From: a virus
Taxonomy: Duplodnaviria > Caudoviricetes
Direction: 5' to 3' (one strand)
Virus record (IMG/VR): IMGVR_UViG_3300020042_009695
Coordinates: 1 to 32,039 of that record
DNA: 32,039 bases
Under the pieces are notes generated by a model that had not been told where the DNA came from, did not search any database, and saw only the letters and a list, made by a program, of their open reading frames with translations. The first letter of the stretch is position 1. Each line of letters opens with the position of its first letter. Below, in pieces: positions 1 through 7,080 of the stretch. The translations under genes and the position numbers were made by a program.

Positions 1-2
1 TT

Positions 3-890
3 TTTGGCTTCCTCAATGTTCTTTTTACGCTGTGCTTCTATTTCTGCTTGGCGTTTAGCTTCTTCTTCGGCTGCTTTTTGCTTGTCTGCTTCCCATTTTG
101 CTTCGGCTTTTGTTAAAACCAAATAAAGCTGTTCCTTGTAAGATTCTTCGTCTAATTCAAGAATAGCATTTAAATCATCAATAAAAGACACATACGGCTT
201 AATTTCTTCGCTTCTTGCATCCCTGATGGCTCTTAATGCAGATTTTTCTTGCTCAATCTGCTTTTCTCTTTCCTCTGCTTCCTTTCTTAGTCTTTCGTTA
301 TCTAATCGGATTCTTTCACGTTCTGCTGCTTCTTCTTCAAGTCTTACTCTTTCGGCTTCTGCTGCTGCTCTTTCTGCCTCAATTTTAGCGTTATAGTTGG
401 TAATTGTACCTGCTAAGAAGTTATCCCATACGCTATCGGGCATAACGCCCAAATTAAGCGTTTCTACGTTCTCTACACCGTATGGTTGTAATTGTTCTTC
501 TCTTGACTTTTGAAGGTCTGCAATGCGTTGTTTCTCTAAGTTTTCAGCGTATTTTTCTATTTCTTCTAACTTTTCTTCCTTACCCATTGATGCAAAGTGT
601 TGTGCGTTCTTCCATCCATCAACGAATTTACCACCCGCAAGGTAAAAAGCCTTTTGTTTCTTATGAATTTCAAGGGTAGCGGTTCTGATTTTCATATACT
701 TTAACCTTAATTCCCTTGCTTTCTTGGCTGTTTCTCTTTCTTCTACGGGCATTTGTACTACTTCATTATAAGAAGTTTCCAATTCTACCATTTTATCAAG
801 CATAGGTTGGAACTGTGCAGCTATATCGGCTGCTTTACTGTCCTCTATGCCAAACTCTTTGGGGTCAATCTTTACGATTTCGTTAGTCAT
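3..890 (-). CDS. Conserved phage coiled-coil protein, runs off the window start
   Basis: Read manually (absent from ORF track): ATG at 890, MTNEIVKIDPKEFGIEDSKAADIAAQFQPM...IHKKQKAFYLAGGKFVDGWKN..., then a long E/R/K/A-rich coiled coil with no stop before position 1. Confidence 0.8.
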   Translation of the reverse strand, partial: MTNEIVKIDPKEFGIEDSKAADIAAQFQPMLDKMVELETSYNEVVQMPVEERETAKKARELRLKYMKIRTATLEIHKKQKAFYLAGGKFVDGWKNAQHFASMGKEEKLEEIEKYAENLEKQRIADLQKSREEQLQPYGVENVETLNLGVMPDSVWDNFLAGTITNYNAKIEAERAAAEAERVRLEEEAAERERIRLDNERLRKEAEEREKQIEQEKSALRAIRDARSEEIKPYVSFIDDLNAILELDEESYKEQLYLVLTKAEAKWEADKQKAAEEEAKRQAEIEAQRKKNIEEAK

Positions 891-908
891 TGTTTAGTGT
901 TTTATTGT

Positions 909-1067
909 TTATTGATTTGTGTCTTTTTTCTTCTTTCTGTTAGCTTCTTTAACGGCTCTTTCAAGGAGAATGTCGGTCATTTGAGAGAATGTACGGTTGC
1001 TTTGTTTTGCTAAAACCTTTATTTCGTCTACTGTTTGCTGTTTTATTGTTGCTGAAATCTGTGGCAT
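909..1067 (-). CDS. Ribbon-helix-helix (Arc/CopG-like) regulator, 52 aa
   Basis: Manual ORF MPQISATIKQQTVDEIKVLAKQSNRTFSQMTDILLERAVKEANRKKKKDTNQ, a strand-helix-turn-helix RHH pattern; own promoter upstream. Confidence 0.7.
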   Translation of the reverse strand: MPQISATIKQQTVDEIKVLAKQSNRTFSQMTDILLERAVKEANRKKKKDTNQ

Positions 1068-1082
1068 TGTAATTAATTTAGT

Positions 1083-1113
1083 GCAAGTTAATGTAGGTTA
1101 TCTGATAATCCAA
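1083..1113 (-). promoter_or_regulatory. Bacteroidota-type sigma70 promoter with palindrome TTATCTGATAA in the spacer
   Basis: Minus strand TTG-N20-TAACTTGC (variant of -33 TTG / -7 TAnnTTTG). Confidence 0.5.
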
Positions 1114-1116
1114 AAA

Positions 1117-1716
1117 TTATTCTTTAAACCAACCGCTATGTTTCATATTTATTGTTATTCCGTAGGTGATTCCTGAAATATTATCCCATCCTAAGTTCAT
1201 TCCTAAATCTCTTGTTATTAGGTGTGATACGTTTAAGCCAATAAGTGCTTTAGGTGATGTGTTTCGGTAGGTGTAGAAGTTCTTTTGTGGGCTTGTGAAT
1301 TGTGGCATAAAGTCGTAACCCGTACCTTTCCAATATTCAGAACGAAAAGCTAATCCCATAGTAGCAAAAACGGCTGTTTTGTTGTTGTATTCTTTACCCA
1401 ATAGTAGCTTTACTGTTCCTCTGTTTTCTGTAAAGTATTGTACGTTGTAATTAGTTCTAAAAGCATTACTCCAAGCGTTACCATTTGTTCCTAAATAGGT
1501 ACTTGCAAGTTCTTGGTACTTGCTTTTTGTTTCTCCCGTGTAAGTTGAGAACAAATAAGAGCCACCTAAACCCCAAATAAAGCCCGTCTTGGTTACTTTG
1601 TAGATATTCATTCCTGTTTGGTTGTTGAAGGAATGGCTTACGTCAAATTGCCCCTTTTGGGCGTTAATAACACTAAATAAAATAATGCTGATTGATAGTA
1701 ATAATGATTTTTTCAT
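1117..1716 (-). CDS. Secreted, probable outer-membrane beta-barrel protein
   Basis: Sec signal MKKSLLLSISIILFSVINAQ; amphipathic Gly/aromatic strands (GFIWGLGGSY, AVFATMGLAF, LGMNLGWD, ITYGITIN). Confidence 0.6.
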   Translation of the reverse strand: MKKSLLLSISIILFSVINAQKGQFDVSHSFNNQTGMNIYKVTKTGFIWGLGGSYLFSTYTGETKSKYQELASTYLGTNGNAWSNAFRTNYNVQYFTENRGTVKLLLGKEYNNKTAVFATMGLAFRSEYWKGTGYDFMPQFTSPQKNFYTYRNTSPKALIGLNVSHLITRDLGMNLGWDNISGITYGITINMKHSGWFKE

Positions 1717-1728
1717 TTTGTTTTTGTT

Positions 1729-2493
1729 TTATTGTTGATTATGTAATGAGTGAATGATGTTTTTAAGTGATGTATGGTTAAAGTATTTGTGAGAGTGGTG
1801 AAATTCCTCTAAGAATTGCCTTGCTTTGTCTACTTTTATTTTTGCATTGTAGATTAGTTCGTGGTTGCGTTGTACTTCAAAGAATAGTATTCGTTCTTCT
1901 ATTGGATGGTGTGAAAATATAAGGTTCTTTTCTTTTTCTGTCCATAGTTTTAGAAATTCAGGGGATTCTTCCGAAATGTAGCTACCCTTAGTGAATAGAT
2001 AGTATTTCTGCTTCTCTATTTCTTCAAATGGTGTATCTAATAGAACGTAAACGATATAACCTTTGTCAATATTCAGCAAGTCCATATAGCCGTTTAATTG
2101 GGCTTCGTACATTGGGTCTAAATCACTTGGGATATTACTCAAAAATGTTAGCCAATCGTAAGATGATTTTACGTCAAATACAATACTATTAGTGAAGCAA
2201 TCAGGTGTGCCAACAAAGAAATCGTTTTTAAATGTTTCTTCGTTCTTTTCTAATGGCATCCGTATTTGTAGAGATAATTCATCAATAGCTTCTTGTTCTA
2301 CTGTGTTACCCTTTCTAATGTACTTGTTGTCTAATTCTTTTTGGAAGTTGTATCGTTCCTTTGCGTATATTTCAATCAAATGTGTTTTGGCGGTAGCTGA
2401 TAAGTTACCCGCTTCCTTGTCTATTTTTTTTTGCGGGTCGGTTAGTAACTTACCTATACTGCTGCAATGTATTAGTGTTTTTGAAAAGTCCAT
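1729..2493 (-). CDS. YqaJ/lambda-exonuclease-like recombination exonuclease
   Basis: CSSIGKL, KGNTVEQEAI, GTPD..DVKSS (PD-(D/E)xK), YEAQLNGYM motifs. Confidence 0.85.
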   Translation of the reverse strand: MDFSKTLIHCSSIGKLLTDPQKKIDKEAGNLSATAKTHLIEIYAKERYNFQKELDNKYIRKGNTVEQEAIDELSLQIRMPLEKNEETFKNDFFVGTPDCFTNSIVFDVKSSYDWLTFLSNIPSDLDPMYEAQLNGYMDLLNIDKGYIVYVLLDTPFEEIEKQKYYLFTKGSYISEESPEFLKLWTEKEKNLIFSHHPIEERILFFEVQRNHELIYNAKIKVDKARQFLEEFHHSHKYFNHTSLKNIIHSLHNQQ

Positions 2494-2494
2494 T

Positions 2495-2866
2495 TTATTT
2501 GAATTGTTTTTTGCGTTGTTCTAAATAGGATATTAATTCTTGGTTTTTTGTATTATTAACAAGAAGATTAAAAGTATTAAGACCTTCAAGTGTTGTTTGT
2601 TTATCTATATCCTTTTTTATTGATTCAGTAAAACTTCCCCTTGTTGTTTTAACACCTCCTGAAATATCCACTACTAATTTTTCTTCTTCTTGCTTAACCG
2701 ATTTTTCGTGGAATTGCATTATAGTTTCCTTTGCAAGGTCAAATGCAGCTATTACACTTTCACCTTCTTCTACTTGTAATTCCACTTCTATTCTCTCATT
2801 ACTAAACTGCTGTAAAGGGAATAGTCTACTGTATGTTACTTTAGTGAATTTCATTGTTATTTGCAA
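2495..2866 (-). CDS. Hypothetical phage protein in the recombinase (SSAP) position
   Basis: Abuts exonuclease gene; helical C-terminus IDKQTTLEGL...YLEQRKKQF; start may be the second Met. Confidence 0.65.
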   Translation of the reverse strand: MQITMKFTKVTYSRLFPLQQFSNERIEVELQVEEGESVIAAFDLAKETIMQFHEKSVKQEEEKLVVDISGGVKTTRGSFTESIKKDIDKQTTLEGLNTFNLLVNNTKNQELISYLEQRKKQFK

Positions 2867-2874
2867 TTTGCGTT

Positions 2875-3255
2875 TTATTGTTTGTATTCAAGTTCTTCAC
2901 CCGTTAAGGCAAAGTAAAGGTTTTGTAGTTGGTGGAGGTGTTTAATGTTGTTTAATTTAATAATCCCATCATAGCTTTCTATAAGAGTTCTTTGCTTTTC
3001 TAAATTTATATGCAAGGAACTCCTTTCGTCTATTGTGTTTAAAAAATCATTATCATCATTATCAAACCCACACTTCTCTAATATTTCAGGTGTAAGGGGG
3101 ATGGGTTGGAAGTTACTTTGTAGCGAATTGCCAAAATCAATTTGTTCTAATGATTCACACCTAAAATGACTTTTGAATATAGCCGACACAACTGCCATTC
3201 TGTTTCCATACATTAATAAATTCCCAATTCTTAATTCATTTGCTTGTAATGACAT
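2875..3255 (-). CDS. Conserved Bacteroidota-phage hypothetical protein
   Basis: ANELRIGN...PIPLTPEILEKCGF...HLHQLQNLYFALTGEEL, a recurrent family signature. Confidence 0.8.
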   Translation of the reverse strand: MSLQANELRIGNLLMYGNRMAVVSAIFKSHFRCESLEQIDFGNSLQSNFQPIPLTPEILEKCGFDNDDNDFLNTIDERSSLHINLEKQRTLIESYDGIIKLNNIKHLHQLQNLYFALTGEELEYKQ

Positions 3256-3258
3256 ATA

Positions 3259-3459
3259 CTAACTATTTCTTGTTACAGTAATTTTACCTTTCTCGTCTTT
3301 TAGTTTGAAGGTTTTTAATTTGTGTTCATCAGCACGTTTTAAGTTGCTAACCATAACGGCTACGCTTTCTCTTTTTTTGTTTTTAAATACTACTGATTCT
3401 CCGATTTGCAATTTGGAAACTAAAGTGCTTACACTTGTTTCACTTGGTTGTTGTGGCAT
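3259..3459 (-). CDS. Small basic, probable DNA-binding protein
   Basis: 66 aa, K-rich, first gene after promoter TAGGTTTG (3493-3500, minus). Confidence 0.65.
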   Translation of the reverse strand: MPQQPSETSVSTLVSKLQIGESVVFKNKKRESVAVMVSNLKRADEHKLKTFKLKDEKGKITVTRNS

Positions 3460-3492
3460 AATTTATTTTTTTGGTTAAAAATGATTAGACCA

Positions 3493-3533
3493 CAAACCTA
3501 CTTAATTAATTAATACAAAAGTTAATTAATTAA
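3493..3533 (-). promoter_or_regulatory. Promoter -7 element with two TTAATTAATTAA palindromes
   Basis: CAAACCTA (TAGGTTTG on minus) at 3493-3500; palindromes at 3502-3513 and 3522-3533. Confidence 0.55.
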
Positions 3534-3591
3534 AGATTTAAGAAAATTTTAAGGAAAAGTTGTCAGATATGGAATAATGTGTAATTTAGCA

Positions 3592-3674
3592 AAGCGTTTT
3601 ATTGTTTCTACGAGTGATTTAGTCATGTTATTTAGCAGCGAACCCTTCTTTTCTAAGAGGGGTTTGTCTGTTTA
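3592..3674 (+). ncRNA. Candidate small RNA 1 (~80 nt)
   Basis: TTG(3560)-N19-TAATTTAGC(3582) promoter; 15-bp hairpin 3636-3670 with UUCU loop and G-U pairs valid only on +, followed by TTT; no credible ORF. Confidence 0.5.
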
Positions 3675-3923
3675 TAGACCTGCTCTCATTGACTGCATTT
3701 TGGCACGTTTAACCCTTGCATCTATTTCTTCTTTGGTGTAGCCCCTTGTAGAAACGCTATCCCTATGTTTTTTGGCTTCTATTTTATCCATCGGGTCTTT
3801 AGCATCGTTCTTTATAAAGTTGTCTATTTCAGCAAGGTCTTTTTTCTTTTTCTTCAAAAACAAATCGCCCATACCTTCCCTTGCAGCAATAGACCTTTTA
3901 ATTAAAAGTGAATCGGTTGGCAT
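3672..3923 (-). CDS. Hypothetical basic protein, 83 aa (start corrected to MPTDSLL)
   Basis: Upstream extension in the ORF track spans a terminator and non-coding DNA; the 3' part has normal phage composition. Confidence 0.65.
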   Translation of the reverse strand: MPTDSLLIKRSIAAREGMGDLFLKKKKKDLAEIDNFIKNDAKDPMDKIEAKKHRDSVSTRGYTKEEIDARVKRAKMQSMRAGL

Positions 3924-4045
3924 AACGTAAAAATTTGAAAGTAAAGGTAACAAAAAGACCTCACAATAGAATTGCAAGGTCAAATAAGTTACCATAAGTA
4001 ACAAACTGCAACAATGAAATATTGCAGGGGGCATAAACCAAAGAT

Positions 4046-4115
4046 AAATAAAAAAACCCATCACCGTAGAAACGGAACGGGTTAAACCATTGCTTGTTAT
4101 GAAAAAAATCTGCTT
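4046..4115 (-). ncRNA. Candidate small RNA 2 (~70 nt)
   Basis: Minus-strand TTG-N20-TATATTTG promoter (4119-4149); hairpin AACCCGUUCCGU-UUCU-ACGGUGAUGGGUU then U-tract; no ORF. Confidence 0.55.
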
Positions 4116-4152
4116 ACCCAAATATACAACAATAACAAAATAAAAACAACTG

Positions 4153-4169
4153 TCTATTTGACAAATAGA
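4153..4169. promoter_or_regulatory. Perfect 17-bp palindrome TCTATTTG-A-CAAATAGA (operator-like)
   Basis: Seen directly, just upstream of the -33 element of the sRNA2 promoter. Confidence 0.45.
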
Positions 4170-4259
4170 AGTTTCGCAACCAAAAGCAAAAAAATTTTAA
4201 AAAACCCATAATATAGAAAAAACTCCCACACACGAAAGAGTGGATAGCACCCCCTATGT

Positions 4260-4548
4260 AATTAGCTTGGTCGGGTTCTTGGGGTTTCTGTTTGCTGTTA
4301 CTGTGTACCCTTTGTTTTACCTTTTGCTTTTATGTTGCGATTGTTTAGCTGTTTATCGTTTGTGTTTTGGTTGTTGGGATTTGTTGGGCTGTTTTCTTTG
4401 TATTGCTTGTTAGTGTTGGGTTTGGTTGTGGTTGTTTGCTTTGTTGCTGCCCTTGTTTGTTGGGGTTTATGGGGTGGGGTGGGTTGCAGATTGTTTTGCT
4501 TTGGTTGCAGTTGGGTTGTTGTATGGTGGGTGTTAAGGGATGGTTATT
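4260..4548 (+). other. G/T-rich, A-poor non-coding tract containing a G-quadruplex motif (4462-4483)
   Basis: GGGG-TTTAT-GGGG-T-GGGG-T-GGG; preceded by an A/C-rich tract (about 3940-4255). Confidence 0.7.
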
Positions 4549-4671
4549 GTTATCTTTTTTGAGTTTTTAGAGTAAAAATGGGTTATCTTTTTTATCTTTT
4601 TAGTGTTAAAAGAGAGTTAAAAGTTATCTTTTTGACTAAAAAAGATAAAACTAAGAACTAAAAAAGATAAC
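4549..4671. repeat. Six copies of TTATCTTTTT (4 direct, 2 inverted), iteron/operator-like
   Basis: Plus copies at 4550, 4583, 4592, 4624; inverted AAAAAGATAA at 4639 and 4661. Confidence 0.75.
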
Positions 4672-4707
4672 TTTACAAAACTAAATAACTAAAACAAAAC
4701 AATAAAA

Positions 4708-5238
4708 ATGGAAAACCAAGAGTTAATTGAAGCGATTAAGAATTGCGGTGTTAAAAAATCCAAAATAGAAACTGATTTAAGTATGCCTAAAAACAGTCTT
4801 TCAGCTATGTTATCGGGTGTAAAGCCTATGCCAAGTAAGTGGGTGGATGCTTTGACGGGGTATGTAAATAAAACACCAATAGTTCCTTTTGTTAAAGAGG
4901 TCGTTAGTGAATTACCCGAACAAGTTAAAACTGACCCCAAACCGTTTATTCCAAATCCCGTTAAGATGCCAAAAGGCATAGAATTTGCATTAGGAGGCAA
5001 TTTATTGAAGTCTACCCCTAAAAGTACTTTTCAGTTAATGTTAGCTGAATTTAATGGATTAGTGATGGAACAACCACCCGTAAGTCAAGTAAAAAACCAA
5101 CTATTAGACCTACTAAAACGTGCAGAACACCCCGAATTTACAATAAGACAAGTAGAAGCAATAAGAGAAAGATGTATCAACTACCTTAACGGTACTTATG
5201 GGGTATCAGCTAAAAAAGATTCTTATAATAATAAATAA
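4708..5238 (+). CDS. Protein with N-terminal XRE/Cro-like HTH, Pro-rich linker and helical C-terminal domain
   Basis: KKSKIETDLSMPKNSLSAMLSGVKPMP resembles an HTH. Confidence 0.65.
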   Translation: MENQELIEAIKNCGVKKSKIETDLSMPKNSLSAMLSGVKPMPSKWVDALTGYVNKTPIVPFVKEVVSELPEQVKTDPKPFIPNPVKMPKGIEFALGGNLLKSTPKSTFQLMLAEFNGLVMEQPPVSQVKNQLLDLLKRAEHPEFTIRQVEAIRERCINYLNGTYGVSAKKDSYNNK

Positions 5239-5245
5239 TTTAAGT

Positions 5246-5449
5246 ATGGAATGGATTTTATTAACCACACAGCAACCTCCATTTGATACACCCGTTCTTG
5301 TAAAAAACGACAAGGACAATGAATCAAACATTGCAAGGCTTGAATCGGTTAGAGAAACAAGCGAAGGGAAAACTTTTGATTTTCTTGAAGGTAGAACATC
5401 TTACGATACCTACTATAAAGACATTACACATTGGATGCCAACACCTTAA
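5246..5449 (+). CDS. DUF551-like small phage protein (start MEWILL)
   Basis: MEWI...P...VLV...ITHWMP signature. Confidence 0.75.
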   Translation: MEWILLTTQQPPFDTPVLVKNDKDNESNIARLESVRETSEGKTFDFLEGRTSYDTYYKDITHWMPTP

Positions 5450-5458
5450 AAATTAACA

Positions 5459-5713
5459 ATGACTAAATTCAAATCAGGCACATATACCCCTAAAAGAAAT
5501 CATTATTTTAGAGATAGCCACGAATCGTTACTTAGAAAATTAGCCTTAGAGTACAATAAAACCCCTTTTAAAGACGATTTAAGCGACTTGTCTGATAATA
5601 GGCTGTTGGTATTGATAAATGGATTTTTGGGCAAATTAGGGCTACAACAATACACCACAGAGGAACTGCAAAGACCTTTATCACTTAAAACACCTAAAAT
5701 ATGCAAGAATTAA
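5459..5713 (+). CDS. Hypothetical protein
   Basis: Co-linear ORF, A-rich leader, ATG start. Confidence 0.65.
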   Translation: MTKFKSGTYTPKRNHYFRDSHESLLRKLALEYNKTPFKDDLSDLSDNRLLVLINGFLGKLGLQQYTTEELQRPLSLKTPKICKN

Positions 5714-5940
5714 AATGGATAATATCTTCGGAAGGGTTTTATTGTACCGCTATTGATGGTGCAAAATTATATGCAGGGTCAAATAATGGGGTGTATTTTC
5801 AATGGTTAATTGAGAAAAACGGTAAAATAATATCAAGTAGCTACGACAAAAAAGAAGAAATAACTACCCTTCAAGAAGCCAAAGTAAAATGCTACCAAAA
5901 ATACCTTGAAATAACACAAAAAGAAAAGCCCCAAAACTAA
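5701..5940 (+). CDS. Hypothetical protein
   Basis: Overlaps the previous gene and ends in a terminator. Confidence 0.65.
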   Translation: MQELKWIISSEGFYCTAIDGAKLYAGSNNGVYFQWLIEKNGKIISSSYDKKEEITTLQEAKVKCYQKYLEITQKEKPQN

Positions 5941-5953
5941 TCGGGGCTTTTTT
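5924..5953. terminator. Bidirectional intrinsic terminator
   Basis: AAAAGCCCC-N10-GGGGCTTTTTT between convergent genes. Confidence 0.8.
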
Positions 5954-5961
5954 AATAACCT

Positions 5962-6042
5962 TTATTCATCACTTTCCGCAGCACCTCTATAAGCAAACCA
6001 AAGACATACCAAATAAACAGCAAGTAGAGAATATACTAACAT
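5962..6042 (-). CDS. Putative 26-aa single-TM peptide
   Basis: Manual ORF MLVYSLLAVYLVCLWFAYRGAAESDE; fills the gap before the terminator. Confidence 0.45.
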   Translation of the reverse strand: MLVYSLLAVYLVCLWFAYRGAAESDE

Positions 6043-6062
6043 AGTTTAAGGTTTAAAGGTGG

Positions 6063-6278
6063 TTATTGAATTAAATGTTTCAGTCTTTCTACTGTTTTAG
6101 CATTCACAATCTGAATGTACCTGCGGCAAGTTCTTTCATGCAACCCAGTTGCCAGCTTTCCGCATACACAAAACGTTGTTTGTTTGTTGGAAACTTCTTC
6201 ATCTACTTCATGCCTTGTTTTAACCCATTGGCTAAAATGGTTGTCTTGTAGTGTTTGTATTTTTTCAGCTATTTTCAT
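6063..6278 (-). CDS. Hypothetical protein, possible Zn-binding (CxC...H...C)
   Basis: FCVCGKLATGLHERTC. Confidence 0.65.
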   Translation of the reverse strand: MKIAEKIQTLQDNHFSQWVKTRHEVDEEVSNKQTTFCVCGKLATGLHERTCRRYIQIVNAKTVERLKHLIQ

Positions 6279-6281
6279 TTG

Positions 6282-6542
6282 TTAAGGTTTAAATGTTTGG
6301 GTGTAGTATTCTTTTGAACTATTGCATTCGGGCTTAATAGAATGCGCAATATCATTCCCACAATGAAAGCCGTTTTGATGTGCTTCCTCTATCTGCTCAC
6401 GTTCTAATGACAAATACTTGGCTTCTATTACGGCTAAAACGCCATCAAAAAACAATACTTCTTGAACTGTATTGCACTTATTACGCTGTATGTCTGTAAA
6501 TTCTGAAATCATTTGCTGCACTGCGGTGTGTTTCTTTTCCAT
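6282..6542 (-). CDS. Conserved Bacteroidota-phage hypothetical protein
   Basis: TAV...EREQIEEAH...EYYTQTF family signature. Confidence 0.75.
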   Translation of the reverse strand: MEKKHTAVQQMISEFTDIQRNKCNTVQEVLFFDGVLAVIEAKYLSLEREQIEEAHQNGFHCGNDIAHSIKPECNSSKEYYTQTFKP

Positions 6543-6560
6543 TATTGTAAGTTTAAATTG

Positions 6561-6794
6561 TTAATCAAGATAGACACATTCAGCTAAAATATACCCTTCT
6601 CCAATAAGAAGCATTTGAATTATACTTATTGATTTGTTTTTATATTTAGGTGTTGGTTCAAAAAGTTCGTCTGCTAACCTAGAGCCGTGATGAAATTTAA
6701 GAAAAAATGAATTTTCATTTGACCTTTGGATTATTCCTGTTGCTGCTGCTTTAATTTCAGTTTTTGAATTATTAACATTTGTTTGATTAAACAT
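6561..6794 (-). CDS. Hypothetical protein
   Basis: Co-linear ORF in the minus-strand cluster. Confidence 0.6.
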   Translation of the reverse strand: MFNQTNVNNSKTEIKAAATGIIQRSNENSFFLKFHHGSRLADELFEPTPKYKNKSISIIQMLLIGEGYILAECVYLD

Positions 6795-6799
6795 TCTGT

Positions 6800-7021
6800 C
6801 TATTTTAAATTTTTATTTACTTTCCTTGCTTCCAATCTTTGAGAAAGGGGAATGTTGGTTGTTTTGATGAGAAAGAGGGCAATGTTGATAATTTTACCTT
6901 TTCTTTTTGTTTCCTTTAAGTGTCGGTTTAATGCTCTGATAGGGAACGGCAAGTACGATTGATTTTCATATCTGCCATTCGTCCACACCTCCATAAAATA
7001 TTCAGGTTGTATTCTAGTCAT
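6800..7021 (-). CDS. Hypothetical protein
   Basis: ORF downstream of promoter-like TAACTTTAC (7032-7040, minus). Confidence 0.6.
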   Translation of the reverse strand: MTRIQPEYFMEVWTNGRYENQSYLPFPIRALNRHLKETKRKGKIINIALFLIKTTNIPLSQRLEARKVNKNLK

Positions 7022-7080
7022 TTTTTTTATTGTAAAGTTAAATATATTAATTAATTAATTCCAATTAAAATAACCTTAAA

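Noticed and set aside
482-1013. Plus-strand ORFs 482..679 and 753..1013
   Set aside because: Shadows of real minus-strand genes.
3604-4075. TTTCTAC as a Cas12a-repeat mimic or CRISPR array
   Set aside because: No TCTAC-N4-GTAGA stem and no repeat-spacer periodicity.
3924-4121. N-terminal extension of the 3672..4121 ORF
   Set aside because: It starts inside a promoter and spans a hairpin/terminator; the internal ATG at 3923 is more plausible.
3549-4143. Micro-ORFs antisense to the candidate sRNAs (25 aa from 3626 on minus; 14 aa from 4099 on plus)
   Set aside because: Promoter and hairpin orientation favour the opposite strand; not fully excluded without Ribo-seq.
4332-4570. Two hydrophobic Cys/Gly/Val-rich ORFs (76 and 67 aa)
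   Set aside because: Artefacts of the A-poor G/T tract, which lacks stop codons; no leader and atypical composition.
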